From assembly GCA_949051815.1 (NCBI GenBank), contig CARQVR010000006.1, forward strand, positions 30,858 through 94,857: DNA of 64,000 bases, written 5' to 3'. The notes beneath the pieces were generated by a model. It saw nothing but the letters and a program-made list of their open reading frames with translations, searched no databases and was not told the origin of the DNA. The position numbers were made by a program, and so were the translations under genes. The DNA is from an uncultured Lachnospiraceae bacterium (GTDB taxonomy: Bacteria; Bacillota; Clostridia; Lachnospirales; Lachnospiraceae). Positions 1 to 9,015 of the stretch are shown one piece after another (position 1 is the first letter of the stretch; each line of letters opens with the position of its first letter).

Positions 1-1041
1 ACAATAATTGATATAGTCCCACACGATCAGAAAATAGTCCACGAATCCCATGTTTTTGATCGTGTCAAGTTCATAATGCAGACGCTCCTGCAAGGAACCG
101 TCATCTTCCGGATAGCGCTCCTTCATACCGTCCTGACACAGCTTGTTCAGGTAGCTCCAGGAGTCATACCCTTCGGGTGCATCATAATGGGGCACCTTAT
201 AATTGCCGAACTCGATCTCCACATGGCAGCGGTCGGCGATCCGCTGGGTGTTCTCCACCGCCTCCCATGCGTAGGGGAAAAGCCCCTTCATTTCCTCCTC
301 GCTCTTCACATAATACTGTCCGCCCTCGTAGCGCATCCGGTCCTCGTCGGCCAGCTTTTTCCCCGTTTGCAGACAGAGAAGAATGTCGTGGGGCTGGGCG
401 TCCTGTGCGTAAGTGTAGTGCACGTCGTTGGTTGCCACCAGCGGAATGTCCAGCTCTTTACTTATGCGAAGAAGCACGGAATTGACCGACTGCTGCGCCA
501 AAATCCCGTGATCCTGCAATTCCAGAAAATAGTTATCCTTCCCGAAAATACCCTGATATTTTAAGGCCGCCTTCTTCGCCTCGTCAACAAGTCCCTTCTG
601 GATATAGCGGGGCACCTCCCCCGCAAGACAGGCCGAGAGCGCGATCAGCCCCTCGTGGTACTGCTCCAGCACCTCCAGATCTACACGGGGCCTGTAATAG
701 TACCCCTCTGTAAATCCCCTGCTGACGATCTTCACCAGATTCGCATAGCCCGTATTGTTCTCCGCCAGAAGCACCAGATGATAATAGCGGTCCTCTCCGC
801 CCGTCAGCTCCCTGTCGAAGCGGGAATGGGGCGCCACGTAGACCTCGCAGCCGATGACCGGGTTAATCCCCGCCTCCTTCGCCGCCTTATAGAAATCAAC
901 GACGCCGTACATGACGCCGTGGTCTGTGATGGCCGCGCTGTCCATCCCCAGCTCCTTCACATACCTCACATACTCCTTTATTTTGTTGGAACCGTCCAAA
1001 AGACTAAACTCCGTGTGGACATGTAAGTGCGCAAACGCCAT
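1..1041 (-). CDS. dnaE: DNA polymerase III alpha subunit, 5' part (runs off window start)
   Basis: Hand translation of the minus strand from ATG at 1041 gives MAFAHLHVHTEFSLLDG...AITDHGVMYG...GCEVYVAP...VATNDVHY, the PHP domain of DnaE. The frame is open to position 1. Confidence 0.95.
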   Translation of the reverse strand, partial: MAFAHLHVHTEFSLLDGSNKIKEYVRYVKELGMDSAAITDHGVMYGVVDFYKAAKEAGINPVIGCEVYVAPHSRFDRELTGGEDRYYHLVLLAENNTGYANLVKIVSRGFTEGYYYRPRVDLEVLEQYHEGLIALSACLAGEVPRYIQKGLVDEAKKAALKYQGIFGKDNYFLELQDHGILAQQSVNSVLLRISKELDIPLVATNDVHYTYAQDAQPHDILLCLQTGKKLADEDRMRYEGGQYYVKSEEEMKGLFPYAWEAVENTQRIADRCHVEIEFGNYKVPHYDAPEGYDSWSYLNKLCQDGMKERYPEDDGSLQERLHYELDTIKNMGFVDYFLIVWDYINYC

Positions 1042-1104
1042 GGTGGTATCCTTCCCGGAAATCCTGTGTAAATGCCGTAAAGCCGTGTTTTTGCCGTCCC
1101 ATTT

Positions 1105-1133
1105 ATTATAGACGCCCAGAAGAAATCAGTCAA
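1105..1133 (-). promoter_or_regulatory. sigma-A promoter of dnaE
   Basis: TTGACT-17 nt-TATAAT on the minus strand. Confidence 0.7.
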
Positions 1134-1183
1134 ACACATCCTGCCCGCCGGTATGCTTTATAAAAAGGCCGGACACACCTTTC

Positions 1184-1873
1184 CTACATTACGTCCCTGG
1201 TCTCCACCCGCCACACCGACAGATACACGGACACCGCAGCGACCACACACAAAATGGCATAAAACGGCATATGATTCACAAGCGTCGCCGAACCAATCTG
1301 CCCCTGCGTAAAGCAGACGATGATAACCGACGCCACAATCGCCGCCTTGGACGACTTCATTTTCAGACCGACCGGAAGGGCGATAAAGCTGATGCTCACC
1401 ATAGCCGCCGAGGAGAGCACGGCTTCCAGCCAGAACACCGGATCCCCCACAGGAATCCCCTCAGCCGAAATGCCCGTAAAGGGCCTTGTCAGTACCAGGA
1501 CCAGATAAATCACCGCCTTGCTGACCACCATCGCCGCAAAGTTAAAAAGCCACACCGCGCATACCTTTGAAAGAATAATCCGGCTTCGCCTGACCGGATA
1601 GGTAAACAGCAGGTTCATCGTCCGTTTTTCGTAAGCTCCCACGATATACGCCGCGATCATCACACCTGTAAAAACAATGTACGCCATATGGACAAACAAC
1701 CCCACGGATGCGTCCAGCATACTTTTCCCGTAAGTCTGTACCGTCTCCTTCGTCTCCAGCTCCCCCGCTGCCATAAGCAGGAATATAAGAAGAACTGCCG
1801 TCGTAACCACCGCGTTGCGGATATATTTAAAAATATTATTTTTCTTCCACTCTAATCTGATCAGTTTAAACAT
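1184..1873 (-). CDS. ABC transporter permease (bacitracin/lantibiotic resistance BcrB-like)
   Basis: Six-TM ABC-2 type protein (KLIRLEWKK..., LFTYPVRR..IILSK). Start moved to ATG 1873, which follows GGAGG. Confidence 0.8.
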   Translation of the reverse strand: MFKLIRLEWKKNNIFKYIRNAVVTTAVLLIFLLMAAGELETKETVQTYGKSMLDASVGLFVHMAYIVFTGVMIAAYIVGAYEKRTMNLLFTYPVRRSRIILSKVCAVWLFNFAAMVVSKAVIYLVLVLTRPFTGISAEGIPVGDPVFWLEAVLSSAAMVSISFIALPVGLKMKSSKAAIVASVIIVCFTQGQIGSATLVNHMPFYAILCVVAAVSVYLSVWRVETRDVM

Positions 1874-1938
1874 CTTTTCCTCCATGCTTCCGTTTCGCCT
1901 CGTCCGAAACACCTGTTGCCGCGCTTTCGAAGCGCTTC

Positions 1939-2847
1939 TCACTCTGCCGTCAGTTTCAGGAAATAATCCTCAAGCGTCTCCGCCTTTCTCCCGATGGACG
2001 TCACCGCCACCTCGTTTAAAGCCAGCGTCTTCGTCATTTCCTCCGTTGTGACACAATCGTCATAAATACGGATCTCTTTTCCGTCAATCACTCTGAAATT
2101 CGTCAGTCCCAGCTTATCGGCAAGCACATAGGCCGCCCTCTCCGGATTCTGCACCGACAATTCGATACAGGCCAGACTCATCTCCCCGATTTCCTTCAAG
2201 CCGATTTCTTTTTTCATCCTGCCCTGATGAATAATACCAATCGTGTCCGCAATGCTCTCGATCTCCGACAGAATGTGGGAGGACACCACCACCGTTGTAC
2301 CCTGCTCCGCGCACAGTGTCCGCAGCAGTTCGCGAATCTGCTTCATGCCCGCCGGATCAAGGCCGTTGGTCGGCTCGTCGAGAATCAGCAGCTCCGGCTT
2401 GCACAAAACCGCCCTCGCAATCCCCAGACGCTCCTTCATACCCAGAGAATAGTTCCTGACGGGCGTTTTCGCCGCCGCCGTCAGATCGAGCATTTCCAAC
2501 GCCTTTTCCACGCTTCCATGCTGATAATACCCCATATACTCACAGTGCATCCGCAGATTTTCCAGGCCTGTCATATGCTCGTAGAACACAGGGAATTCAA
2601 TGATGCTCCCGATCCGTCTCATCACCTCATAAGACTGCGGCGTGAGCGGCTTTCCAAACAGCTCAACAGTTCCCATGTCAGGCTTCCAGAGGTTCAGAAT
2701 CATCTTCATAACGGTCGTCTTGCCCGCGCCGTTCGGCCCCAGAAACCCGTAAATTTCACCCTTTTTCACATGGATATCCACATCTCTTACCAGTTCTTTA
2801 CCGCCAATAGATTTGGTAAGGCGGCTGGTTTGTAAAATATAAGACAT
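1939..2847 (-). CDS. ABC transporter ATP-binding protein (BcrA-like)
   Basis: GPNGAGKTT, YSLGMKERLG, LILDEPTNGLD. Confidence 0.92.
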   Translation of the reverse strand: MSYILQTSRLTKSIGGKELVRDVDIHVKKGEIYGFLGPNGAGKTTVMKMILNLWKPDMGTVELFGKPLTPQSYEVMRRIGSIIEFPVFYEHMTGLENLRMHCEYMGYYQHGSVEKALEMLDLTAAAKTPVRNYSLGMKERLGIARAVLCKPELLILDEPTNGLDPAGMKQIRELLRTLCAEQGTTVVVSSHILSEIESIADTIGIIHQGRMKKEIGLKEIGEMSLACIELSVQNPERAAYVLADKLGLTNFRVIDGKEIRIYDDCVTTEEMTKTLALNEVAVTSIGRKAETLEDYFLKLTAE

Positions 2848-2903
2848 TTTCGCTGCCTCCTTTCTGGTCCATCGAATATTCTTTATTCGCTGTACTGTTA
2901 TCT

Positions 2904-2959
2904 ATTGTAACGGCATCGTTTTTCAAAACTCTTGCTTAATTCTTACAAATTTCTTTCAA
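2904..2959 (-). promoter_or_regulatory. OmpR-type regulator-activated promoter (four 11-bp phased repeats plus -10)
   Basis: Minus strand TTGAAAG/TTGTAAG/AAGCAAG/TTGAAAA at 11-bp period (2953, 2942, 2931, 2920), followed by TACAAT at 2904-2909. Confidence 0.55.
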
Positions 2960-3005
2960 AACCTGTTTTATTTATGTCAGTGCTGGCCGGTACGACCGGG
3001 CACGG

Positions 3006-3989
3006 TCATTGCAAAACCCGCTTCAACCTGACCGTAAATGTCGTCCTCTCACCGGGGATGCTCTCCAGCGTCAGCGCGCCGCCCATCTGCTCCGCCAGCC
3101 TTTTGGCAATGGTAAGCCCCAGGCCGTTTCCCTGCACGCTCCGGCTGCGGGAGTCCTCCATGGTAAAAAGCCGCTCAAAAACGCTGTCCGCAAAGGCGCT
3201 GTCAATTCCCTTTCCCTTGTCGGTCACGTCAATATATACCCACCGCTCATCCGATCTGAAAAAAACGCCCAGATACTTTCCCTCTGAGCCGTAGCGGAGC
3301 ACATTGGAGATGAGGTTCGTCAGAATGCGCTGCAAAGCCTCCCTGTTTCCGTGCACAAGGACAGGCTCCTCCGGCAGCCCGATATCCACCTGAAAATCCG
3401 CTCCCGTGAGCATTTCATAAAAATCAAGCGCGCTCTCCCGGCACACCTCACAGACATCCAGTCTGGTGAGATCCACGTCCGCGTCGCCCGCCTCAATCTT
3501 CGCCAACGAAAAAAAGCTGTCAATCAGCTCCATCATCGCCTGCGCCTTCTGTTCCGCCTTCACCATCATTTGCAATTCCGCGCGCGCTTCTGCTTCTGCC
3601 CGTGCCTCTGATTCTGCCCGCGCCTCCAGAGCCGCCTCTTTCTGCGTTCGCATAATTTCCAGATACCCCCGGATCACGGTCAGAGGCGTCTTTAAATCAT
3701 GGGAAATATTGGACAGCATTTTTCGGGAAGTCGTCTCCAAACGGCGAAAGTCCGCCGCTGCCTTCGCATTCTTTTCCAAAAGACGGTTGATCTGCGCCGA
3801 AAGCTCCATCAGTTCTCTGTTATCCGTAAAGACCATGAGCCTTGCACCGCCGTCCTCATCCAGTATTTCCTTTAGCTTTTCATGGATTTCCCGAAGTTTT
3901 CTCTGCGTGCCTGCGCGGAACGCAAACTGCTGGTACAAGACGACCGCCGTAAGAACTGCCACCGCCAGACCCAGCGCCAATACCATCAT
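3006..3989 (-). CDS. Sensor histidine kinase (single N-terminal TM)
   Basis: ISHDLKTPLT H-box, NLISNVLRY N-box, DKGKG and GNGLGL G-boxes. Confidence 0.93.
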   Translation of the reverse strand: MMVLALGLAVAVLTAVVLYQQFAFRAGTQRKLREIHEKLKEILDEDGGARLMVFTDNRELMELSAQINRLLEKNAKAAADFRRLETTSRKMLSNISHDLKTPLTVIRGYLEIMRTQKEAALEARAESEARAEAEARAELQMMVKAEQKAQAMMELIDSFFSLAKIEAGDADVDLTRLDVCEVCRESALDFYEMLTGADFQVDIGLPEEPVLVHGNREALQRILTNLISNVLRYGSEGKYLGVFFRSDERWVYIDVTDKGKGIDSAFADSVFERLFTMEDSRSRSVQGNGLGLTIAKRLAEQMGGALTLESIPGERTTFTVRLKRVLQ

Positions 3990-4699
3990 ACCGATCCCCC
4001 CAGCTTATACCCGATTCCCCACACGGTCAGCACATACGCGGGATTTCTCGGGTCTTCCTCAATCTTATTGCGCAATCTGCTGATGTGCACATTGACGGCG
4101 TTTTCGTCCCCGCAGTACGCGTCGTTCCACACAAGGGAATAGAGCTGCTCTTTGGTGTAAACCTTCTTCGGGTTCTGCATAAAGAGTTTCAGTATTTCAA
4201 ACTCCTTCGCCGTCAGGTCGATGGATTTCTCTCCCTTTTTCACCGTGTAATCAGACAGATTCATGGTCAGCTCCCCGGCCGTCAGAACAGAAAGCGCCTC
4301 TTTATCTGCACAGGCGGCCGCACTGTCATACTGCATCGTTCTGCGCAGCGCCGCCTTGATCCGCGCAAGCACCTCCACCACGGAGAAGGGCTTGGTGATA
4401 TAATCGTCCGCCCCAAGACCCAGTCCCAGCGTCTTATCGCTCTCCGAATCCTTTGCGGAGATAATAATGATCGGCACATAACTGCTCTGCCGTATGTGCT
4501 GCATCACGCCCATCCCGCTTATCTTCGGTATCATCAGATCCAAAAGGACAAGATCGCAGGACATATCGTCAAACACAGAGCAGGCCTGCTGTCCGTCAAG
4601 GGCGCAGGCCACCTCATAATTTTCTGTCTCCAGATAAGTTTTTAACATTTCGCTGATTTCAGCGTCGTCCTCCACAAGAAGGATTTTGTATGGATGCAT
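3986..4699 (-). CDS. OmpR-family response regulator
   Basis: ILLVEDD, LLDLMIP, ADDYITKPF, TVWGIGYK. Start moved to ATG 4699 (MHPYK). Confidence 0.93.
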   Translation of the reverse strand: MHPYKILLVEDDAEISEMLKTYLETENYEVACALDGQQACSVFDDMSCDLVLLDLMIPKISGMGVMQHIRQSSYVPIIIISAKDSESDKTLGLGLGADDYITKPFSVVEVLARIKAALRRTMQYDSAAACADKEALSVLTAGELTMNLSDYTVKKGEKSIDLTAKEFEILKLFMQNPKKVYTKEQLYSLVWNDAYCGDENAVNVHISRLRNKIEEDPRNPAYVLTVWGIGYKLGGSV

Positions 4700-4712
4700 C
4701 CCTTTACCTCTG

Positions 4713-6191
4713 TCACTGCGCTTTCTGCGCTTCCTTCTCCAGCGCCTCATCCAGCCATTCCACAAGCTGCAAGTCCACTTTTCCCCTCTGCGCCATATCC
4801 TTTAGAATCTGAATCGCCTTAGGCTTCGAAATCGGCTGCTTGTAGGGCCTGTCCGTGGCCACCAGCGCGTCATAGATATCAACCACCGTCAAAAGCCTTG
4901 TCTCCAGATCAAGCGCATCGCCTTTCAGTCCTTTCGGATACCCGCTGCCGTCCAGATACTCATGATGGGCGCCCACCCACCCGGGCACCATGGAGAACCC
5001 TTTATAAAACTGCACCTTCTCCAAAATCCTGGATGTCATGACCACATGGTTTTCCATCTCTTTGCGCTCTTTCACCGTCAGCGTGCCGCTTCGGATGCTC
5101 AGACATTCCGCCTCCTTCTCCGTCAGATACGGGAGTGTCGAACCGTCCTCACCGACATGCCGTTTCGCAGCAAGCTCTCTGATCTGTTCGCAGCACTCGT
5201 CGCTCACGCGGTCGGCCACATCCATCTCGTGGATAAAGGCGAGGGCCGACTCCAGCTCCTTTGCCGCCGCCTCGTATTCTTCTCCGGTGATCCGCCCCCG
5301 CAGCATATCAATCTCGTAGCGCGCCTTAAGCAGCGCAAACCGGTCGTCTATCCTCTCAATCGCCGTATCCAGTCTGGTCGCCTTATTCATAATGCTGAGG
5401 GGCACCACCATCTTACCGATATCGTGAATGAGCGCCGCCAGCATAAGCTGCTCTTTCCTTTCCGGGTCAAATCCTTTTTCGCATTTTCCCTCTCTATGTA
5501 ATCCGGTGATATAATCCGCCAGAAGGCTCGCGTATTTTTCTACGTTCCGCGTGTGCAGGGCGTTGTAAGGCGTCCGCTTCTCCAATGCCGTCGTGAGCGC
5601 CTCCACAAAGGAATAGATCTGCGCTTTTAACGCTTCCACATAGGACAGGTTCGTCAGCTCGATTGCCGCCATGGCTCCCAGCGCGCGAATGATGATCTCA
5701 TACTCCTCGTTGAAGGCGTACACCTTCCCCGTCTCATCCATGGCGTTGATCAGCTGCAGCACGCCGATCAGTTCGTTTTCATTATTCACAAGGGGCACGA
5801 CAAGCTGTGACTGCGTGCGGTATCCTGTCAGGCTGTCATACTGTCTGGGACCGGAAAAATCAAACCGGCTGCTGGCATACACATCCGGTATATTGACCAC
5901 CTCCCGGTGAATCGCCGCGTAGGAGCACACATTTTCCTCTTTCATCGGCACGGGCGGCAGATCAATGGGTTTCCCGTCCAATCCCCGGTTGATTTCCTTG
6001 GAAAGGGTCCGCATAAACTTAAAACGCAGTTCATCGTTCTCATACAGATAGAGCGTGCTTGCATCACAGTTTGTAATCTCCATACCCTTATCCAGAATTG
6101 TCATGAGCAGCCGGTTTCTGTCTCTTTCCGTGGAAAGGCTTATGCCGATATCCATTATTTTTTCAAAGTCTTCGTATTGCAGATGCATCAC
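4713..6191 (-). CDS. GAF-domain HD-GYP phosphodiesterase
   Basis: N-terminal GAF (IPDVY..SRFD...TGYRTQSQLVVPL...GVLQLIN), then HDIGK, HHEYLDGSGYPKGL, DIYDAL and RPYK. Confidence 0.88.
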   Translation of the reverse strand: MMHLQYEDFEKIMDIGISLSTERDRNRLLMTILDKGMEITNCDASTLYLYENDELRFKFMRTLSKEINRGLDGKPIDLPPVPMKEENVCSYAAIHREVVNIPDVYASSRFDFSGPRQYDSLTGYRTQSQLVVPLVNNENELIGVLQLINAMDETGKVYAFNEEYEIIIRALGAMAAIELTNLSYVEALKAQIYSFVEALTTALEKRTPYNALHTRNVEKYASLLADYITGLHREGKCEKGFDPERKEQLMLAALIHDIGKMVVPLSIMNKATRLDTAIERIDDRFALLKARYEIDMLRGRITGEEYEAAAKELESALAFIHEMDVADRVSDECCEQIRELAAKRHVGEDGSTLPYLTEKEAECLSIRSGTLTVKERKEMENHVVMTSRILEKVQFYKGFSMVPGWVGAHHEYLDGSGYPKGLKGDALDLETRLLTVVDIYDALVATDRPYKQPISKPKAIQILKDMAQRGKVDLQLVEWLDEALEKEAQKAQ

Positions 6192-7087
6192 TGTTCCCTC
6201 TCTCTTTCCATCGGATAGATTCCGTGGCGCTTCATATACCGAAGCGACTCCCTCTGTGCCTCATAACCGTTTACTTCCACCAGCACCGGCGCTTCCACCC
6301 GATGCTGTCTAAGCAGCCCGTCAAATTCCTGCCAGTCCAGTTTTCCGGCTCCCACCGCCAGATGCAGATCGTTTTGCAGATCGTTGTCATTGATGTGTAT
6401 ATGGCGGATATAGGGCGCCAGCGTCTCAATCCACTCCCGCCCGGAACACCTGGAAAGCATAGCGTGGGCATAGTCCAGACAAACGCCGAAATTTTTCACG
6501 TCCCGCATGTTCTCCGCCAGTCCCGCCAGAATATCCGGCGCTTCGTCAAACATGTTCTCCATATAAATCTGCTGTGCCGGATACTGGCGCGCAATCTCCG
6601 TAAAAAATGCCTCGTTTCTGTCCTGCCAGTTTTTCAGATACCCGGCCGCCCGAAATCCGCCCAGCCGTCCCGTATGGAAGACGACGCCCTTTAAGCCCAT
6701 ATTTTGGGCAATCTCCATGGACTGACGCACCCGCAGCATGGAAGCGTCCCGGATCAAAGGATCGTCGCTGTGAATCGTCACATCTAAAAATGCGCCGTGC
6801 ATGGTATCGCCGGAAAAGAACTCCGGGGCGCATTCCTCCCCCGAAAAGTTATTTCCCGCACAACCGTTTCCGGCAGGATTTTTCTCATAGTTCTTCTTAT
6901 AATTCTTCTCATAATACAGGCTCATGCACTCTCTGTAGTCCGCGATGATCCGCTCCTGCTGCTCCGGATCATCCAAAGACTTCACGGCATAAAAATCATT
7001 GTATTCAAACGCGCACCCGTATTCCGCCGCCAGACCGCACATCCGTTTCATGTCCTTCCTGTCAGGAACCAAATACAGTTCACTCAT
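6188..7087 (-). CDS. AP-endonuclease-2/xylose-isomerase-like TIM-barrel metalloenzyme
   Basis: MHGA, FHTG, ENM, LDYAH, HIND, DLH and VEV motifs. 4-nt ATGA overlap with the HD-GYP gene. Confidence 0.8.
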   Translation of the reverse strand: MSELYLVPDRKDMKRMCGLAAEYGCAFEYNDFYAVKSLDDPEQQERIIADYRECMSLYYEKNYKKNYEKNPAGNGCAGNNFSGEECAPEFFSGDTMHGAFLDVTIHSDDPLIRDASMLRVRQSMEIAQNMGLKGVVFHTGRLGGFRAAGYLKNWQDRNEAFFTEIARQYPAQQIYMENMFDEAPDILAGLAENMRDVKNFGVCLDYAHAMLSRCSGREWIETLAPYIRHIHINDNDLQNDLHLAVGAGKLDWQEFDGLLRQHRVEAPVLVEVNGYEAQRESLRYMKRHGIYPMEREREQ

Positions 7088-7153
7088 TCTCTAAACCGAC
7101 CCCCTCTGCCTTACATAGCAAGTCCGGAGCTTCTGTGCAAAACATTCCTGCCG

Positions 7154-8971
7154 CTAAGTGACAGAAGCTCTCTCCAATCCATCCACCTGATATACAAATA
7201 CGCCCTTGCTCTTTCCCTTAAGGGATATCTCTCCAAGCGGCGTCGCAGCGACTCTGTCCTTCACCGCCTCATAAACTTCCCGGCTGATCAGAATCTGCCC
7301 CGGCTGCGCATTGCTCTCCAGCCTCGCCGCCGTATTGACAGTATCTCCGATGGCCGTGTAATCCATCCGGAAATCACAGCCGATATTTCCCACAACGGCA
7401 TTGCCACAGTTGACGCCGATTCCAAAGGATACGCTCTTGCCGTATCTTTCGCGGAATTTTCCGGCAATCCGATCCGCTCCCGCCTGCATATCCCAAGCGG
7501 TGGCCACCGCCCGGAAAATATAGTCCTCCAAGTCAAAAGGCGCGTTGAAGACCGCCATGGTCGCGTCCCCCACAAACTTGTCGAGCGTTCCCCCGTTATC
7601 AAAAATGGCCTGCGTGGTGAGTCCCAGATATTCATTCAGAATCTCCACCACTTCCTCCGGCTTTAAACTCTCCGACATCGTGGTAAAGCCTCTGATATCC
7701 ACAAACAGCACCGCTATATGCCGGTTTTCGCCGCCGATCACCAGCTCAAAATCTTTGTCCTTGCTGATCTTATCCACCACCTGGGGCGCCACATACTGTT
7801 TAAACACGTCAACTACGCGCCGCCTTCTCAAAATTTCCGCTATATATCCCCGCACCATCTGCACCAGATAAATGACTAACAGACAGACCGGCAAAAGAAT
7901 GACGGGCACAATCCGTCCTTTCCCATACATGACCCTGACAAAGACCACATCGAAAACGGTCAGCGCCGCCAAAAGAATCGTGGAATACAGCATCCGCGCC
8001 TTTTCACTGAACAGATAGAACAGGCCGCACAAAAGAGCCGCCGCCAGCGCATAGCCAAAGGGCTGCACCGGAAGCTGCGTCTTTCCTTCCAGCAGGGCCT
8101 CTATGATGTTGGCATGTATTTCCACCCCGTACATCTGGCTGTTGTGCGCGATCGCCGGCATGTAAGCGTCCTGCATACCAACGGCGTAGGCGCCCACTAA
8201 CACCACCGCGTCCTGAAAGACCGCCGGATTCACCGTGCCGTCCAGCACATCCGCCATGGAGATCACGCTGTAACCGCGCGGCTTACCGGAATAAGTGAAA
8301 TAATACCGGTTGTTTCTCCCGTATACGGCAGGAAACGCCGCCTCTTCTCCCCGGCTTTCCTGATAGATTCTGTAGACCTGCGACGAGAGACTGTACGCCC
8401 GTTCTCCCTCATAGTCCAGATAAGCCATGGCCTGCCGCACATAGCCGTCCGTGTCCACAAAGGTGTTTGCAAACCCGCACATAACCGCATTCTTTAAGCT
8501 GTCATAAGGCTCGATCACATAATCCACATGATAGGGATTATAGACCGTCTTTCCGTCCGCCCCCTGCTCCGGCTGTTCTTTAAAAGAAAAGCTCATGGCC
8601 GCGACGACGTTGTCCGCTTCCCCGCAGACACGGGCAAAGATATCGTCCGCTTCCTTGTCCGCCTCCTCGCTGTAGATCACATCGAATCCGATCACCGCCG
8701 GACGCGCGCTGTCCGCGCCGTTTAGCAGGGAAACCAGCTTCGCCGGAATCTCTCTGCTCCAGGTGTTGACGGGACCATACTGCTCCAGCGTCTTATCGTC
8801 GATTCCTATGATATAAATTTTTTTGTTGGTGACGCTCTCCCGCTGGTTCAGCCTGTCGGATATTCCTATATCCCAAAGACCCGCCGTGCCAACATATAAA
8901 AATACGAGAGAGATCAGAATAACGGCGGCAGTAACCGCCGCCGTTTTCATTTTATTCACATATTTCATCAT
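7154..8971 (-). CDS. CHASE2-domain class III adenylate cyclase
   Basis: CHASE2 motifs (IIGIDDKTL...WSRE...VIGFDVIY...DTDGYVRQ...VLVG...MYGVEIHA), three TMs, then cyclase motifs LFVDIRGFT, DKFVGD and DYTAIGDTVNTAARLES. The Lys/Thr specificity residues are ATP-type. Confidence 0.9.
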   Translation of the reverse strand: MMKYVNKMKTAAVTAAVILISLVFLYVGTAGLWDIGISDRLNQRESVTNKKIYIIGIDDKTLEQYGPVNTWSREIPAKLVSLLNGADSARPAVIGFDVIYSEEADKEADDIFARVCGEADNVVAAMSFSFKEQPEQGADGKTVYNPYHVDYVIEPYDSLKNAVMCGFANTFVDTDGYVRQAMAYLDYEGERAYSLSSQVYRIYQESRGEEAAFPAVYGRNNRYYFTYSGKPRGYSVISMADVLDGTVNPAVFQDAVVLVGAYAVGMQDAYMPAIAHNSQMYGVEIHANIIEALLEGKTQLPVQPFGYALAAALLCGLFYLFSEKARMLYSTILLAALTVFDVVFVRVMYGKGRIVPVILLPVCLLVIYLVQMVRGYIAEILRRRRVVDVFKQYVAPQVVDKISKDKDFELVIGGENRHIAVLFVDIRGFTTMSESLKPEEVVEILNEYLGLTTQAIFDNGGTLDKFVGDATMAVFNAPFDLEDYIFRAVATAWDMQAGADRIAGKFRERYGKSVSFGIGVNCGNAVVGNIGCDFRMDYTAIGDTVNTAARLESNAQPGQILISREVYEAVKDRVAATPLGEISLKGKSKGVFVYQVDGLERASVT

Positions 8972-9015
8972 TTTCCGCCTGCTGTCCCTCCGGCCTCCGC
9001 TGGTCTTACGGAAAT

